DNA from: a virus
Lineage: Duplodnaviria; Caudoviricetes
Reading direction: 5' to 3' (one strand)
Virus record (IMG/VR): IMGVR_UViG_3300037041_001560
Location: 1-59,352 of that record
DNA: 59,352 bases
In this document: positions 19,024 through 28,571 of the stretch, in pieces
Numbering within the stretch: the stretch's first letter is position 1
Layout of the letters: every line of letters starts with the position of its first letter
Program-made: the position numbers and the translations under genes
The notes under the pieces: generated by a model
What the model was told of the DNA's origin: nothing
Databases searched by the model: none
What the model saw: the letters and a program-made list of their open reading frames with translations, nothing else

Positions 19024-20463
19024 ATGGCTGGTATTCCTACGTCGAATATACTCCAACCGGGTAATATAAGTCTCTCCGGCGGTATAACTAGACAACTCGT
19101 GTCGGACCTACAACTCCTGACACCTCAGTATTACAAGAACTATGTTGAAAAATATGGTTCTGAAGATTTCACTTGGTGGCTCGCTACCTATGCTGGTATG
19201 GAAGAAGTTAAAAACCGTGACTTCTTTTGGTTTGAAAACCGTGGTAAACTTATCACTGGTATTCAGGCTGCTGCCAACGTATCTGGCGCTACAGCAGGTG
19301 CTACTATCACCGTAACTTTGGCTGCTGCTTATCACTACAACAGTGGTACTCAAGCTCCTTTGCGTCCGGGTGAAACTGTTCGTGTAGCCTCTACCAACGT
19401 AGAAGGTCAAATTTTGGCCATCACTGGTACTACAGCGAACGCCTTCACTTTCACAGTTCGTCCTAAAATCTCTACTCAGTCTTTGGCATCTGCTGGTGCA
19501 AGTAATCAGCTTCTTGCTACTGATGTATTGATTTTTGGTGGTATCATGGATGCTGGTGAAGCTTCTACTTCTAATCAACCAATGATTCAGTTGGATGAGA
19601 AGTATACTAACACCATCACTGAAATGCGTGAAACTTTCACAGCAACTGACCTCGCTGAGATGACCGAAGTGTATTACACTGGCGGTTTCTCTGGTGATGT
19701 TCCTGCTGGTGGTGCTCAAGCTGGTACTTCCCTCTTCACACTGAAAGGGCTGGTAAAATCTAACGTACGTTTCAAAGACGACGTTGAGATGAAGCTGATG
19801 CGCGGTAATATCGTAAATAACAGTGGTCTGTCTACTTCAACTTCAGTAGGTTCTGAGGGTATCATCCCTAAAGTACTGGCTGATGGTGAAACAGTAGGTT
19901 ATACTGCTGGTAACCTCGATATCGCAAAAATCCACGAAATCACCCGTATCATGGATGTGAACGGTTGTACTAGTGAGAATATGTGGCTGCAAGACATCTA
20001 TCAGAACCAAAACTTCTCTGATGGTCTGTTTGCTGCATACCCTGCTGGTGCTTGGGTTTGGGGAAGTAACGAAAAATCTGAAGAGGCTGCAATCAGCTAT
20101 GGTTGCAAATCTATCGCTATCGATGGATACCACTTCAAGGTTAAGAAGTATCGTCCTTTCAACTCTGAGTATCTGACTGGTGTTACTCCTACGAATGACT
20201 TCTTCCGTAACTTCGGTATGATTTGCCCTCAGGGTGAAACTCGCGATGCCAAGGATGCAAGCAAAACGTACAAGAACATCTCCATCATGTACCAGCAACC
20301 TCCCAAAGGTGGTACTATCGGAAACGGTATTCGTGTATGGCAATGGGGTGGTGGTTCTCAGAATCCCACAACCGGAACCATGAACGATAACGTGGAAATG
20401 ATTACTTATCGTGGAAGCCGCGTTGTTGCTGCTAACCAGTTTGTAATCGTACAAGCTTCCTAA
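19024..20463 (+). CDS. major capsid protein
   Basis: 479 aa, strongly biased codons, YVEKYG and FFWFENRG motifs of Bacteroidota phage capsids, followed by terminator. Confidence 0.9.
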   Translation: MAGIPTSNILQPGNISLSGGITRQLVSDLQLLTPQYYKNYVEKYGSEDFTWWLATYAGMEEVKNRDFFWFENRGKLITGIQAAANVSGATAGATITVTLAAAYHYNSGTQAPLRPGETVRVASTNVEGQILAITGTTANAFTFTVRPKISTQSLASAGASNQLLATDVLIFGGIMDAGEASTSNQPMIQLDEKYTNTITEMRETFTATDLAEMTEVYYTGGFSGDVPAGGAQAGTSLFTLKGLVKSNVRFKDDVEMKLMRGNIVNNSGLSTSTSVGSEGIIPKVLADGETVGYTAGNLDIAKIHEITRIMDVNGCTSENMWLQDIYQNQNFSDGLFAAYPAGAWVWGSNEKSEEAAISYGCKSIAIDGYHFKVKKYRPFNSEYLTGVTPTNDFFRNFGMICPQGETRDAKDASKTYKNISIMYQQPPKGGTIGNGIRVWQWGGGSQNPTTGTMNDNVEMITYRGSRVVAANQFVIVQAS

Positions 20464-20480
20464 TATTTAGGAACAAACTA

Positions 20481-20510
20481 GGGGGCGGTGAAATATCCGC
20501 CCCCATTTTT
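20481..20510 (+). terminator. intrinsic terminator after capsid gene
   Basis: ggggcgg-tgaaatat-ccgcccc-attttt. Confidence 0.85.
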
Positions 20511-20571
20511 AAATCACACCGCCCATACAAATTGGGGGCATTAGTCCTTAAATGGTATAAAAACAAGTAAA

Positions 20572-21462
20572 ATGGCAAAATTGTCAGATGTTCAGTTTTC
20601 ACTGAGCGGGGAGCCCCAAAATGGTGGGCCATCGGAAGGAGAGAAAATAGTTATCAATGAAATTCGGGAAGTCACGCCTACTGGTGTGAAATTTCACATT
20701 TTTAAGCTTGTATCTAATACAAGAAAAGGTGGAGTACATGTTCCGGGAATTGATGACGTAATCAATCCTAAAACAGGAAAGATGGAACGGATTCGTTTGC
20801 TTACTGGTGTTGACACTATTTGGCTTAAAGAGCAAAAAGATGTCACTGCTGATTATGCAAAAATGAATCAAAGAAATTTGAGCTTTGTTCGTGGTACTAA
20901 GATTTTACGAATTCCAGACTACGACAATACAGCTCTTGAATTTGCTCGGTTGACTCGACACAATATCGGAAGCCCTGCAAATAAAACAGGAAGTCATTTT
21001 GAATTCTATGAGTACAATCCAGAACGCGAACAACAAGAGTTGCTGCGTAAGGAGGAACTTGAGATAAAAATGGCTATCTTAGCACAAGGAATGCAAGCGG
21101 AAAAAATGAAAAAACATGCTGCATTCTTGGGAATCCGACTCATTGATGACCTCGGGTTGCCAAAATCGGAAGAAGGTTTGCGTAGAGAATATATGATTTA
21201 CGCAAAACGGAATCCAGATTATTTTGGGAAAACGGTAGAATCTAAAGAAGTAGAGTTAGCATGGTTAGTGAAACGAGCTATTTTGGATTCTAAGCTTGAG
21301 ATTGGACGGGAAGCTGGTAAGGTTTATTGGGCAAATGGCGGCGGTTTTATCGCAGCAATTCCCCGAAATGAAAACGTAGAAAGCTACCTAGTTAATCTCG
21401 CTCTTACAAATACCGAAGAAGGGCGTGAATTTAAAGATAGATTAACGAAAGTAACATCGTGA
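20572..21462 (+). CDS. conserved post-capsid protein
   Basis: 296 aa in the conserved position after the capsid gene. Confidence 0.6.
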   Translation: MAKLSDVQFSLSGEPQNGGPSEGEKIVINEIREVTPTGVKFHIFKLVSNTRKGGVHVPGIDDVINPKTGKMERIRLLTGVDTIWLKEQKDVTADYAKMNQRNLSFVRGTKILRIPDYDNTALEFARLTRHNIGSPANKTGSHFEFYEYNPEREQQELLRKEELEIKMAILAQGMQAEKMKKHAAFLGIRLIDDLGLPKSEEGLRREYMIYAKRNPDYFGKTVESKEVELAWLVKRAILDSKLEIGREAGKVYWANGGGFIAAIPRNENVESYLVNLALTNTEEGREFKDRLTKVTS

Positions 21463-21468
21463 TGTAAT

Positions 21469-22350
21469 ATGTCGAATAAGTACATATACGTATATCAAAC
21501 CGTTTGCGAACCTAACGGGAAAACATATATCGGAGTACATTCGACAAATAACATTGATGACGGATATATAGGATGTGGCGTTTATAATCAAAAAGACGCT
21601 AAACGTCAGATGTTATTTCACAAAGCTGTAAATAAGAAAGGATATACCTCTTTCCGGAGGTATATCCTTTCTTTTTATGACACCTATGAGGAGGCTTTAG
21701 AAGAGGAGAAATATATTGTTAATGAGGAATGGGTAAAAAATAAATTAAATTACAACACCGCTTTAGGGGGTAGAGGAAACACAACAAAATGGATGGATGA
21801 TGAGCGGAAAGCAAAATGGAAAGAAAACATAAGAACGAAGGTGCTAGAATGGATGGGAAATGGAGGTCTTGAGATTTTACAACAAAAAACCAAAACTCAA
21901 AAAAAGTCAAGAAAATTTGGGGTAAATAATTCTCAATATGGGAAACCATCTCATTTAAGAAGAAAAGTAATAAAATATGATTTAAACAATAATTATATTG
22001 AAACATACGATTCATTACATGACGCTGCTGATAGTGTAAATACTACCCCGGGGAATATAGTTTCTTGTTGTAAAGGCGATTATAAGGTATGCAAAAATCA
22101 TATTTTTAGGTATGAAAAATATAGTGATGACGAATTAAAGGATTTGCAAAAAAAATTAGAAAGGTTTTACTTGCCTAAGTCTTATTGTAGGCCCATTGAT
22201 TGTTACGAAATAAATGGTAAATTTGTAGGGAGATTTATATCTATAAGAGATGCTGCAAAAAAATTAAAAATTACTACAGCATATATAAGTAGAAATTTAT
22301 CTGGTAAAGTAAAAAATTGTAAAGGATATTATTTTAAATACACTAAGTAA
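21469..22350 (+). CDS. GIY-YIG (Seg-like) homing endonuclease with NUMOD1 repeats
   Basis: YVYQTVCEPNGKTYIGVH..DDGYIGCG; KVIKYDLNNNYIETYDSLHDAA; AT-rich. Confidence 0.9.
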   Translation: MSNKYIYVYQTVCEPNGKTYIGVHSTNNIDDGYIGCGVYNQKDAKRQMLFHKAVNKKGYTSFRRYILSFYDTYEEALEEEKYIVNEEWVKNKLNYNTALGGRGNTTKWMDDERKAKWKENIRTKVLEWMGNGGLEILQQKTKTQKKSRKFGVNNSQYGKPSHLRRKVIKYDLNNNYIETYDSLHDAADSVNTTPGNIVSCCKGDYKVCKNHIFRYEKYSDDELKDLQKKLERFYLPKSYCRPIDCYEINGKFVGRFISIRDAAKKLKITTAYISRNLSGKVKNCKGYYFKYTK

Positions 22351-23027
22351 TGGCGTACAATATTGACGATGTATATAATATAGTCCTTTACGCGACAGGG
22401 AAGAATCTACAAAGTGGTTATGTCTCACCTGAAGAATTTAATCTCGTTATCAATCAAGCTGGCCGTAGCTATGCTTCCTACTTGTTAGGGAACTTTCAAC
22501 AATATCAACCGGGAAGACCCCAAGCTAGGGTTGAATTTGGGCAGAACACGGTAGTTCGTCAGCGCTTGACTCCAATTATTTATGGATATAATTTAAGTGT
22601 TGACCCTTCCGGGTTCTCCCCATACCCCGGTGATTATTTACAACAAGACGCTATGTGGAGCTTCTATGGATATAATAGAATCCGGGAAGTGCAGCAACAA
22701 TATTTTTATTCTATTTACAACTCTGTTATTGACCCAGTTGGTGGTTGGCCAGTATATATGCTTGAGTATGATGGATTTCGGTTCTTCCCAAATAATATAA
22801 ACAGAGCTAAATTATCATACGTTAGAAACCCTCCAGATATGATTTGGGGTTATACATTGAACGGGAACGGAATCCCCGTCTACAATCCTGCTTCTAGCAC
22901 ACAACCAGTGTGGGATGACGCTTCAATCCTTGAAATTATTGTGCGAGCTCTTCGTATAATTGGAGTAAATTTGCAATATAACGAAGTGAGCGCATACGCT
23001 AACGAAATAAAACAAGTTGGTCAATAA
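22350..23027 (+). CDS. head-tail adaptor / tail ring protein
   Basis: GYVSPEEFNLVINQA and LSYVRNP motifs; position. Confidence 0.7.
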   Translation: MAYNIDDVYNIVLYATGKNLQSGYVSPEEFNLVINQAGRSYASYLLGNFQQYQPGRPQARVEFGQNTVVRQRLTPIIYGYNLSVDPSGFSPYPGDYLQQDAMWSFYGYNRIREVQQQYFYSIYNSVIDPVGGWPVYMLEYDGFRFFPNNINRAKLSYVRNPPDMIWGYTLNGNGIPVYNPASSTQPVWDDASILEIIVRALRIIGVNLQYNEVSAYANEIKQVGQ

Positions 23028-24691
23028 TGGCAAGCCTTATTCAAGCTACAGTATATCAGATTGATGGCAGTCCTTTAGATTCGCCAATACAAATTTCTTT
23101 TCTTACTAGTGATATAATGATTAAGGAGGCGGTTATTGGCAACATTGCCGAAGTTAATGCCGCTATTTCTTATTACCCAAATACAAATAATAAGCTTCAG
23201 GATAAGGTATTTTATGTTTCTGAAACATTGTCTGATTTGTTAACAGCAGCTAATGTTTGGGACGTAACCCAAGTACAAGCTACTGTTCTTGAAATTAATG
23301 AAGACCCACAAATTCCCGGCGGCGTACAATATACATTTCCCGTGCATAATATTGCCATTTGGGAGGTAACGCCAGAATCAGATGGAGTAAATTCATTTAT
23401 ACAATACAAAAATAAAACATATTCCGTGGCAGAGACTATATCTAATTTAATGGATGCTTCTAATTCTGGTTCAACGCCAGTTGAGGTTACTTTGCCTCCA
23501 GTTTCATCAGATGCTTTTGGTCGGTTAAGAGTTTCTAATCCATTTACATTATTTGATTCTAGCCACAGGTATGATGATAATGATTTATGGTCTTCATTAA
23601 ATTCTACTGGCGCGGCAGAGGTATTTAATGCAAATCAAGGGCTTGTAGATTTGAATGTTACCGCAGCATCTGGTTCTTCTATTGTAAGAGAAACAATAAA
23701 AGTTTTTTCTTACCAGCCCGGAAAGTCGCTTCTTGTAATGAACACGTTTGTAATGAATGCTCCAAAAACGGGACTTACACAGCGTGTTGGATATTATGGG
23801 GCCAGTAATGGTTTTTATTTAGAACAAGCAGGTAGTGCTGTATCTTTTGTAGAAAGAAGCATTGTGACGGGTTCTTTGGTAAATACATCTGTTTTACAAG
23901 CTGATTGGAATGGAGACAAGCTGGACGGAACAGGTGCTTCTGGGTATACTCTTGATTTGACAAAAGCCCAGATTTATTGGATGGATGTTGAGTGGCTTGG
24001 CGTTGGGTCTGTTCGTATGGGATTTGTGATTAATGGTCAGTTTATTATCTGTCATACATTTAACCACGCAAATCTTATCACTAGTACATACATTACAAGC
24101 GCATCATTGCCGCTTCGTTATGAAATATTTAATACCGCTGCAACATCTGGGGCTAGTACTTTAAAGCAAATTTGTTCTACTGTTATATCTGAAGGTGGGT
24201 ATGAACTTAAGGGAATTCAGCAAGCAGTAGCAACAACAATTACAGCTCCTAAGACCTTTGCTGTAGCTGGTACATATTATCCTATGGCGGCCATAAGACT
24301 TAAGTCTACAAGACTTGATGCTATCGTAATTGCAACAGCTATTTCTATTTTAGGTACAGGTAACGGTAAAAATTATCAATGGCGAGTATTGAATGGTGCT
24401 ACAGTCGTAGGAGGAAGTTGGTTGCCAGCTAGTTCTGAATCTTCTGTTGAATATAATCTTACGGGAAGTAGTGCTACGGGAGGAAGAATTTTGGCTAGTG
24501 GATTTATTAATTCATCAAACCAAGGTTCTCCATCAATTAATATTTTAAAAGAAGCTTTGTTTGCTAATCAGTTGGAAAGGAATGGTTTAACAGGTGTAGT
24601 TTATGAGTTTGTTATTGAAATGGCTGTAGGCACAACATCTGGTGGTGAAGGCGCGTTTGTTTCTTTAGACTGGGAAGAAATTAGTAGATAA
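23027..24691 (+). CDS. virion fibre/decoration protein with two N-terminal ~75 aa repeats
   Basis: Tandem repeats then DAFGRLRVSNPFTLFDS beta-rich domain. Confidence 0.7.
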   Translation: MASLIQATVYQIDGSPLDSPIQISFLTSDIMIKEAVIGNIAEVNAAISYYPNTNNKLQDKVFYVSETLSDLLTAANVWDVTQVQATVLEINEDPQIPGGVQYTFPVHNIAIWEVTPESDGVNSFIQYKNKTYSVAETISNLMDASNSGSTPVEVTLPPVSSDAFGRLRVSNPFTLFDSSHRYDDNDLWSSLNSTGAAEVFNANQGLVDLNVTAASGSSIVRETIKVFSYQPGKSLLVMNTFVMNAPKTGLTQRVGYYGASNGFYLEQAGSAVSFVERSIVTGSLVNTSVLQADWNGDKLDGTGASGYTLDLTKAQIYWMDVEWLGVGSVRMGFVINGQFIICHTFNHANLITSTYITSASLPLRYEIFNTAATSGASTLKQICSTVISEGGYELKGIQQAVATTITAPKTFAVAGTYYPMAAIRLKSTRLDAIVIATAISILGTGNGKNYQWRVLNGATVVGGSWLPASSESSVEYNLTGSSATGGRILASGFINSSNQGSPSINILKEALFANQLERNGLTGVVYEFVIEMAVGTTSGGEGAFVSLDWEEISR

Positions 24692-24733
24692 GATAACAAA
24701 ACAATATTTTTGTATTAGATAATATATATTAAA

Positions 24734-25687
24734 ATGGCTAACTTAATACAAGCTTCGGTATATCAGATTGATGGAGCACCACTTCCCCAAGCAATTACAT
24801 TAGATTTCCAAACATCTAATTTGGTTATTCGGGAAGCTTCAATTGTAGGAACATCTGCGGTAAACTCAGCTATCCTATATTATAATCTGCCCAATAACCA
24901 ATTGAGTGTACAAACTTTTTATGTTGGGGAATCAATTGCAGAATTGGTAGGAGCAGCAAATGTTGGTTCTACTACACAATTGCAAGCCACCGTACTTGAA
25001 ATAAATAAAGACCCACAGATTCCCGGCGGTGTACAATACAGCTTCCCGGCTAACGAAATCGTAATCGGAGAGAACATCGACTATGCACTTCCCGACGTAA
25101 AAAGCTATATTCAATTTAAGGGTGTACGATATTCTGTATCTGAAGAGCAAGCTGACCTTCTGGTATCGGGAAATGGAGCCTCTGCATATAAAGTGTATAC
25201 AGCTTTATTGACACAGAGTGGAGAAGATGACCCTCTCACCTTATCTAGTGGGGCAGTTACAAAAGGTGTAACATATCAAATAATAGGAAATTCTGATGGA
25301 GATTTTTCTAATGTTGGTGCTCCAAATAATAATGAAAATACTTGGTTTATTGCTACTAATGATGAAATTCCTAATAGTTATGGAACAGATTGTAATTTGT
25401 ATTATAACACAGGAGCTCCCGTAGTAACAGTGTTAGAGAATACTATTGGGAATATTTGGTTTACGTATTATAATGCTGGTATTTACATAATTAATTCTAA
25501 TAATTTATTTACTATTAATAAAACTTGGACATATCCAAATAACACTCAATCTATACCTACAGATGGTGGTAGTTTTATTAGCTTATATATTGACAATTCA
25601 AATACATTGACGTTGGAAACTTCTAATAATGATATTATTTCTTATGCGAATAATCCATTAAGAATCGAAATTCGTGTATACAATTAA
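24734..25687 (+). CDS. virion fibre/decoration protein, N-terminus paralogous to 23027
   Basis: Shared QATVLEIN.DPQIPGGVQY.FP; distinct C-terminus YKVYTALLTQSG...VLENTIG. Confidence 0.7.
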   Translation: MANLIQASVYQIDGAPLPQAITLDFQTSNLVIREASIVGTSAVNSAILYYNLPNNQLSVQTFYVGESIAELVGAANVGSTTQLQATVLEINKDPQIPGGVQYSFPANEIVIGENIDYALPDVKSYIQFKGVRYSVSEEQADLLVSGNGASAYKVYTALLTQSGEDDPLTLSSGAVTKGVTYQIIGNSDGDFSNVGAPNNNENTWFIATNDEIPNSYGTDCNLYYNTGAPVVTVLENTIGNIWFTYYNAGIYIINSNNLFTINKTWTYPNNTQSIPTDGGSFISLYIDNSNTLTLETSNNDIISYANNPLRIEIRVYN

Positions 25688-25693
25688 TATAAA

Positions 25694-26326
25694 ATGACAA
25701 GAGCAGAGTTCATAGAGCGCACCCTTCGCCAGATTTATGGCGGTTATGTATCGGAGGATTCTTCGATTACACCCATGCTTGTAAATTCATGGTTGAATGA
25801 TGCTATTGCTCTTGCTGCAAAGACAAACTATACTGACAACCTTAAGTTGGATGGTATTGGTTATGTAAATAATTCTTTTTATACGACATTTAAGGGAATT
25901 GCTCCCACATTAGACGAAATAAATCTTTGGAAATTGCAGCTTCCTCAGATTCCTGTTGGAATTGGAGCCAATGAGGGAATTAATACCATTGTGTTTAAGG
26001 ACGGAAACGGAACAATTAGTTTCCCATTAATTCCCCTGACTGCAAACCAAAAGACATATTTCCGCTCTATGCGTCCTATCCCAAATAAGACGCTTTATTA
26101 TAATGAGGGGGAATTCGTGTATGTCGTTACTTCCCTAGCATTAAACAACTACACTGCAAGCGTTACAATGGTCAGCGGAGGAGATTCATCAAACCTGAAC
26201 AGCACCCTAAACGTGCCTTCAGATTATTGGCCAGCTATGGTTGCATATGTGCAGCAGCAGTTGATGCTGATGAAAACGACTACTAAGGATTTGGCCTCGG
26301 ACGGGCAAGATTTAGCTATAAACTAA
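25694..26326 (+). CDS. tail ring / connector protein
   Basis: 210 aa, helical N-terminus, tail cluster position. Confidence 0.55.
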   Translation: MTRAEFIERTLRQIYGGYVSEDSSITPMLVNSWLNDAIALAAKTNYTDNLKLDGIGYVNNSFYTTFKGIAPTLDEINLWKLQLPQIPVGIGANEGINTIVFKDGNGTISFPLIPLTANQKTYFRSMRPIPNKTLYYNEGEFVYVVTSLALNNYTASVTMVSGGDSSNLNSTLNVPSDYWPAMVAYVQQQLMLMKTTTKDLASDGQDLAIN

Positions 26327-27141
26327 TGGCATACGTTTACAGACATATAAGGCTTGATAAAAACCAGCCATTTTATATTGGTATTTCTAAAAATGATAAT
26401 TACGGTAATTGCAAAAGGGCTAAATCTTGTACTGGGAGGAATTTTATTTGGAAAAGAATAGTTGATAAAACTGATTATGAGGTTGAGGTAATTATGGATG
26501 GATTAACTTGGGAAGAAGCTAAACAAAAAGAAATAGAATTTATTAAACTTTACGGTAGGTTAAATAGCGGGACTGGTATTTTGTCGAATATGACTGACGG
26601 AGGAGAAGGCGGTCTTGGGGTTGTTGTTAGCGAAATTACTAGAAAGAAGTTAAGCGAAAATTCTAAAAAAAAGGGGATTAGCAAGGAAACTAGGGAAAAG
26701 ATGGCTTCCAAACTTAGGGGTCGCCCATTACCTGATTGGCAAAAAGAATTGCTTAGAAAAGCGGCAATAGGCAAAGATGTATATTGGTCTAAAAAAAAAG
26801 TTGACCAATATGATTTAAATGGGGAATTTGTACAAACATTTAATAGTATTAATGATGCCGCAAGATGTTTGAATCTTCAACAAGCCAATATAGGTAAGGT
26901 ATTAAAAAAGAAAAGAAGTCATACCGGGGGCTATATTTTTGTTTATAGTGGGAAACCTTTTAGCTTAGGTGAATTAACATTTCGCAGAAAAAATGTAAGG
27001 AAAAAGGTTGTAAATTTGGCCACTGGCGAAGTATATGATACCATGTCTGAAGCTGCTAAAAAAAATGGTATAAAATATGATTTTTTTAAACGTATGATGA
27101 AAAAGAAGAATGGCGAATTTGAATATTTATCTGTAAATTAA
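26326..27141 (+). CDS. GIY-YIG-like homing endonuclease with NUMOD3/NUMOD1 repeats
   Basis: YVYRHIRLDKNQPFYIG, NMTDGGEG, SKETREKMA, VDQYDLNGEFVQTFNSINDAA. Confidence 0.9.
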   Translation: MAYVYRHIRLDKNQPFYIGISKNDNYGNCKRAKSCTGRNFIWKRIVDKTDYEVEVIMDGLTWEEAKQKEIEFIKLYGRLNSGTGILSNMTDGGEGGLGVVVSEITRKKLSENSKKKGISKETREKMASKLRGRPLPDWQKELLRKAAIGKDVYWSKKKVDQYDLNGEFVQTFNSINDAARCLNLQQANIGKVLKKKRSHTGGYIFVYSGKPFSLGELTFRRKNVRKKVVNLATGEVYDTMSEAAKKNGIKYDFFKRMMKKKNGEFEYLSVN

Positions 27142-27152
27142 AATTTAATAAT

Positions 27153-27254
27153 ATGTTTGCTTGGGGAATTATCGTTGGTGTAGTTGTTACTCTTATTTTC
27201 GGGGAAGTCGGAAAGGCTGCCCTGACTTGGGTAAAACAAAAATTTTTTAAATGA
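27153..27254 (+). CDS. 33 aa single-pass membrane peptide
   Basis: Manual translation MFAWGIIVGVVVTLIFGEVGKAALTWVKQKFFK; ATGA overlap with groES. Confidence 0.6.
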   Translation: MFAWGIIVGVVVTLIFGEVGKAALTWVKQKFFK

Positions 27255-27514
27255 AACCAATACGTTCAAACGTCCTTGTAAAACCATTTCCCCCATCAGA
27301 GATTTCTGAAGGTGGAATTTTCGTACCTTTATCGGTAAGAAAGGAAAACAATCGGGTTACAATTATCTCTGTGGGAAATGGGACTAAAGACCGTCCCATG
27401 CAGTTTAAGCCCGGTCAGGTTGCTTTTCGTGTGAAGGACTGGGGAACTCCAGTCGAAATAGAGGGGGAAATGCATTATTTAATGGATGACTCTGCAATTT
27501 TGGCAACTGAATAA
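27251..27514 (+). CDS. groES: GroES co-chaperonin
   Basis: MKPIRSNVLVKP...SEGGIFVP...VISVGNG...GTPVEIEGEMHYLMDDSAILA. Confidence 0.9.
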   Translation: MKPIRSNVLVKPFPPSEISEGGIFVPLSVRKENNRVTIISVGNGTKDRPMQFKPGQVAFRVKDWGTPVEIEGEMHYLMDDSAILATE

Positions 27515-27524
27515 TATTTAACAA

Positions 27525-28295
27525 ATGCCTCTACAGAATAGACAGTGGGTTTCGTTAGATGATGCGATAACGTCATATTTAGACGAATCGGAACAGTCTA
27601 ATTCAAAGTATTTTAAGCTTTGGAATTTGGCCTTTCGAGCAATGACGGAATTAGGATTGGACTTCTTCTATTCTGTTAAATCGGTAAAGCTGCCTGTAAA
27701 TCCAAACCTTACAGTAACACTTCCCGAAGATTATCTTAATTATACAAAGGTGGGAGTTCTTGACAACCAAGGACAAATAATTCCCCTAGACGTAAATAAT
27801 AACCTCACAGTAGCCTTTGACCTACAACCTACTCGTCTATCCCAAGTAGTAGACCCAACTATTATGACGGCCTATAGCCCTCAGGGAATCGTTTGGTGGA
27901 ACTACTGGAATGGATACGGCCTGAGCAACCTCTACGGTTTGCCCTCAGGTTCCCCATTCGTAGGACAATTTAAGATTGACGCGGGAAATGGTGTAATCGT
28001 CCTTGATATCAACTTCAACTTCGAATATATCATGCTCGAGTATGTTGCATCTCCTATGGCCGGAGGGGAATACTTCGTTCCCATCCAGTTTAAGGAGGCT
28101 TTAATCGCTTACTTGCGCTGGAAGGATATCATTTCCCTCCCTACATCAAGAAAAGGCTCCCTAGGTGACAAACGTGACCGTAGGGCTGAATATTACAATG
28201 AACGCCGTTTGGCTATTGCCCGTTACGATGCAGTTAATCTGACTGACTTGTACGAATGGAATCTCAAGGCGCAGCGAATGACTGTAAAAGGTTAA
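27525..28295 (+). CDS. tail tubular / ring protein
   Basis: LPEDYLNYTKVG, IMLEYVA, FKEALIAYLRW motifs. Confidence 0.7.
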   Translation: MPLQNRQWVSLDDAITSYLDESEQSNSKYFKLWNLAFRAMTELGLDFFYSVKSVKLPVNPNLTVTLPEDYLNYTKVGVLDNQGQIIPLDVNNNLTVAFDLQPTRLSQVVDPTIMTAYSPQGIVWWNYWNGYGLSNLYGLPSGSPFVGQFKIDAGNGVIVLDINFNFEYIMLEYVASPMAGGEYFVPIQFKEALIAYLRWKDIISLPTSRKGSLGDKRDRRAEYYNERRLAIARYDAVNLTDLYEWNLKAQRMTVKG

Positions 28296-28298
28296 TAT

Positions 28299-28571
28299 AT
28301 GGCACTTTCCGCAATACTTGGTCCGGGTTTGGTTTCGATATATGGTGCGGGAAGTAATACCAGTACTTTGACTGGGACTATTGTGCCCAATAATACTTTC
28401 TTTTTTGGTGTAGTTGACCAGACTTGGAACGGGATACCGGGAAATGTTTCTGTAGGACAATCTGTTCTTTTCCAAGAAAGCGATGTTTTTGCCAGACTAG
28501 TATATAGTGACCAAACATATACTTTAATTCAAGAAGATAAAGTAATTTTGATAGAAGTTACCCCGCCATGA
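28299..28571 (+). CDS. hypothetical protein
   Basis: 90 aa, coupled to muzzle gene. Confidence 0.6.
   Translation: MALSAILGPGLVSIYGAGSNTSTLTGTIVPNNTFFFGVVDQTWNGIPGNVSVGQSVLFQESDVFARLVYSDQTYTLIQEDKVILIEVTPP

Noticed and set aside
19108-20454. Two 203 aa antisense ORFs in the capsid gene
   Set aside because: Shadow ORFs explained by strong codon bias of the sense gene
20515-20565. Structured RNA upstream of the 20572 gene
   Set aside because: Only a weak short hairpin; no recognisable family
21469-27141. Group I introns around the endonucleases
   Set aside because: Flanking genes look complete and abut the endonuclease ORFs, leaving no room for ribozyme cores
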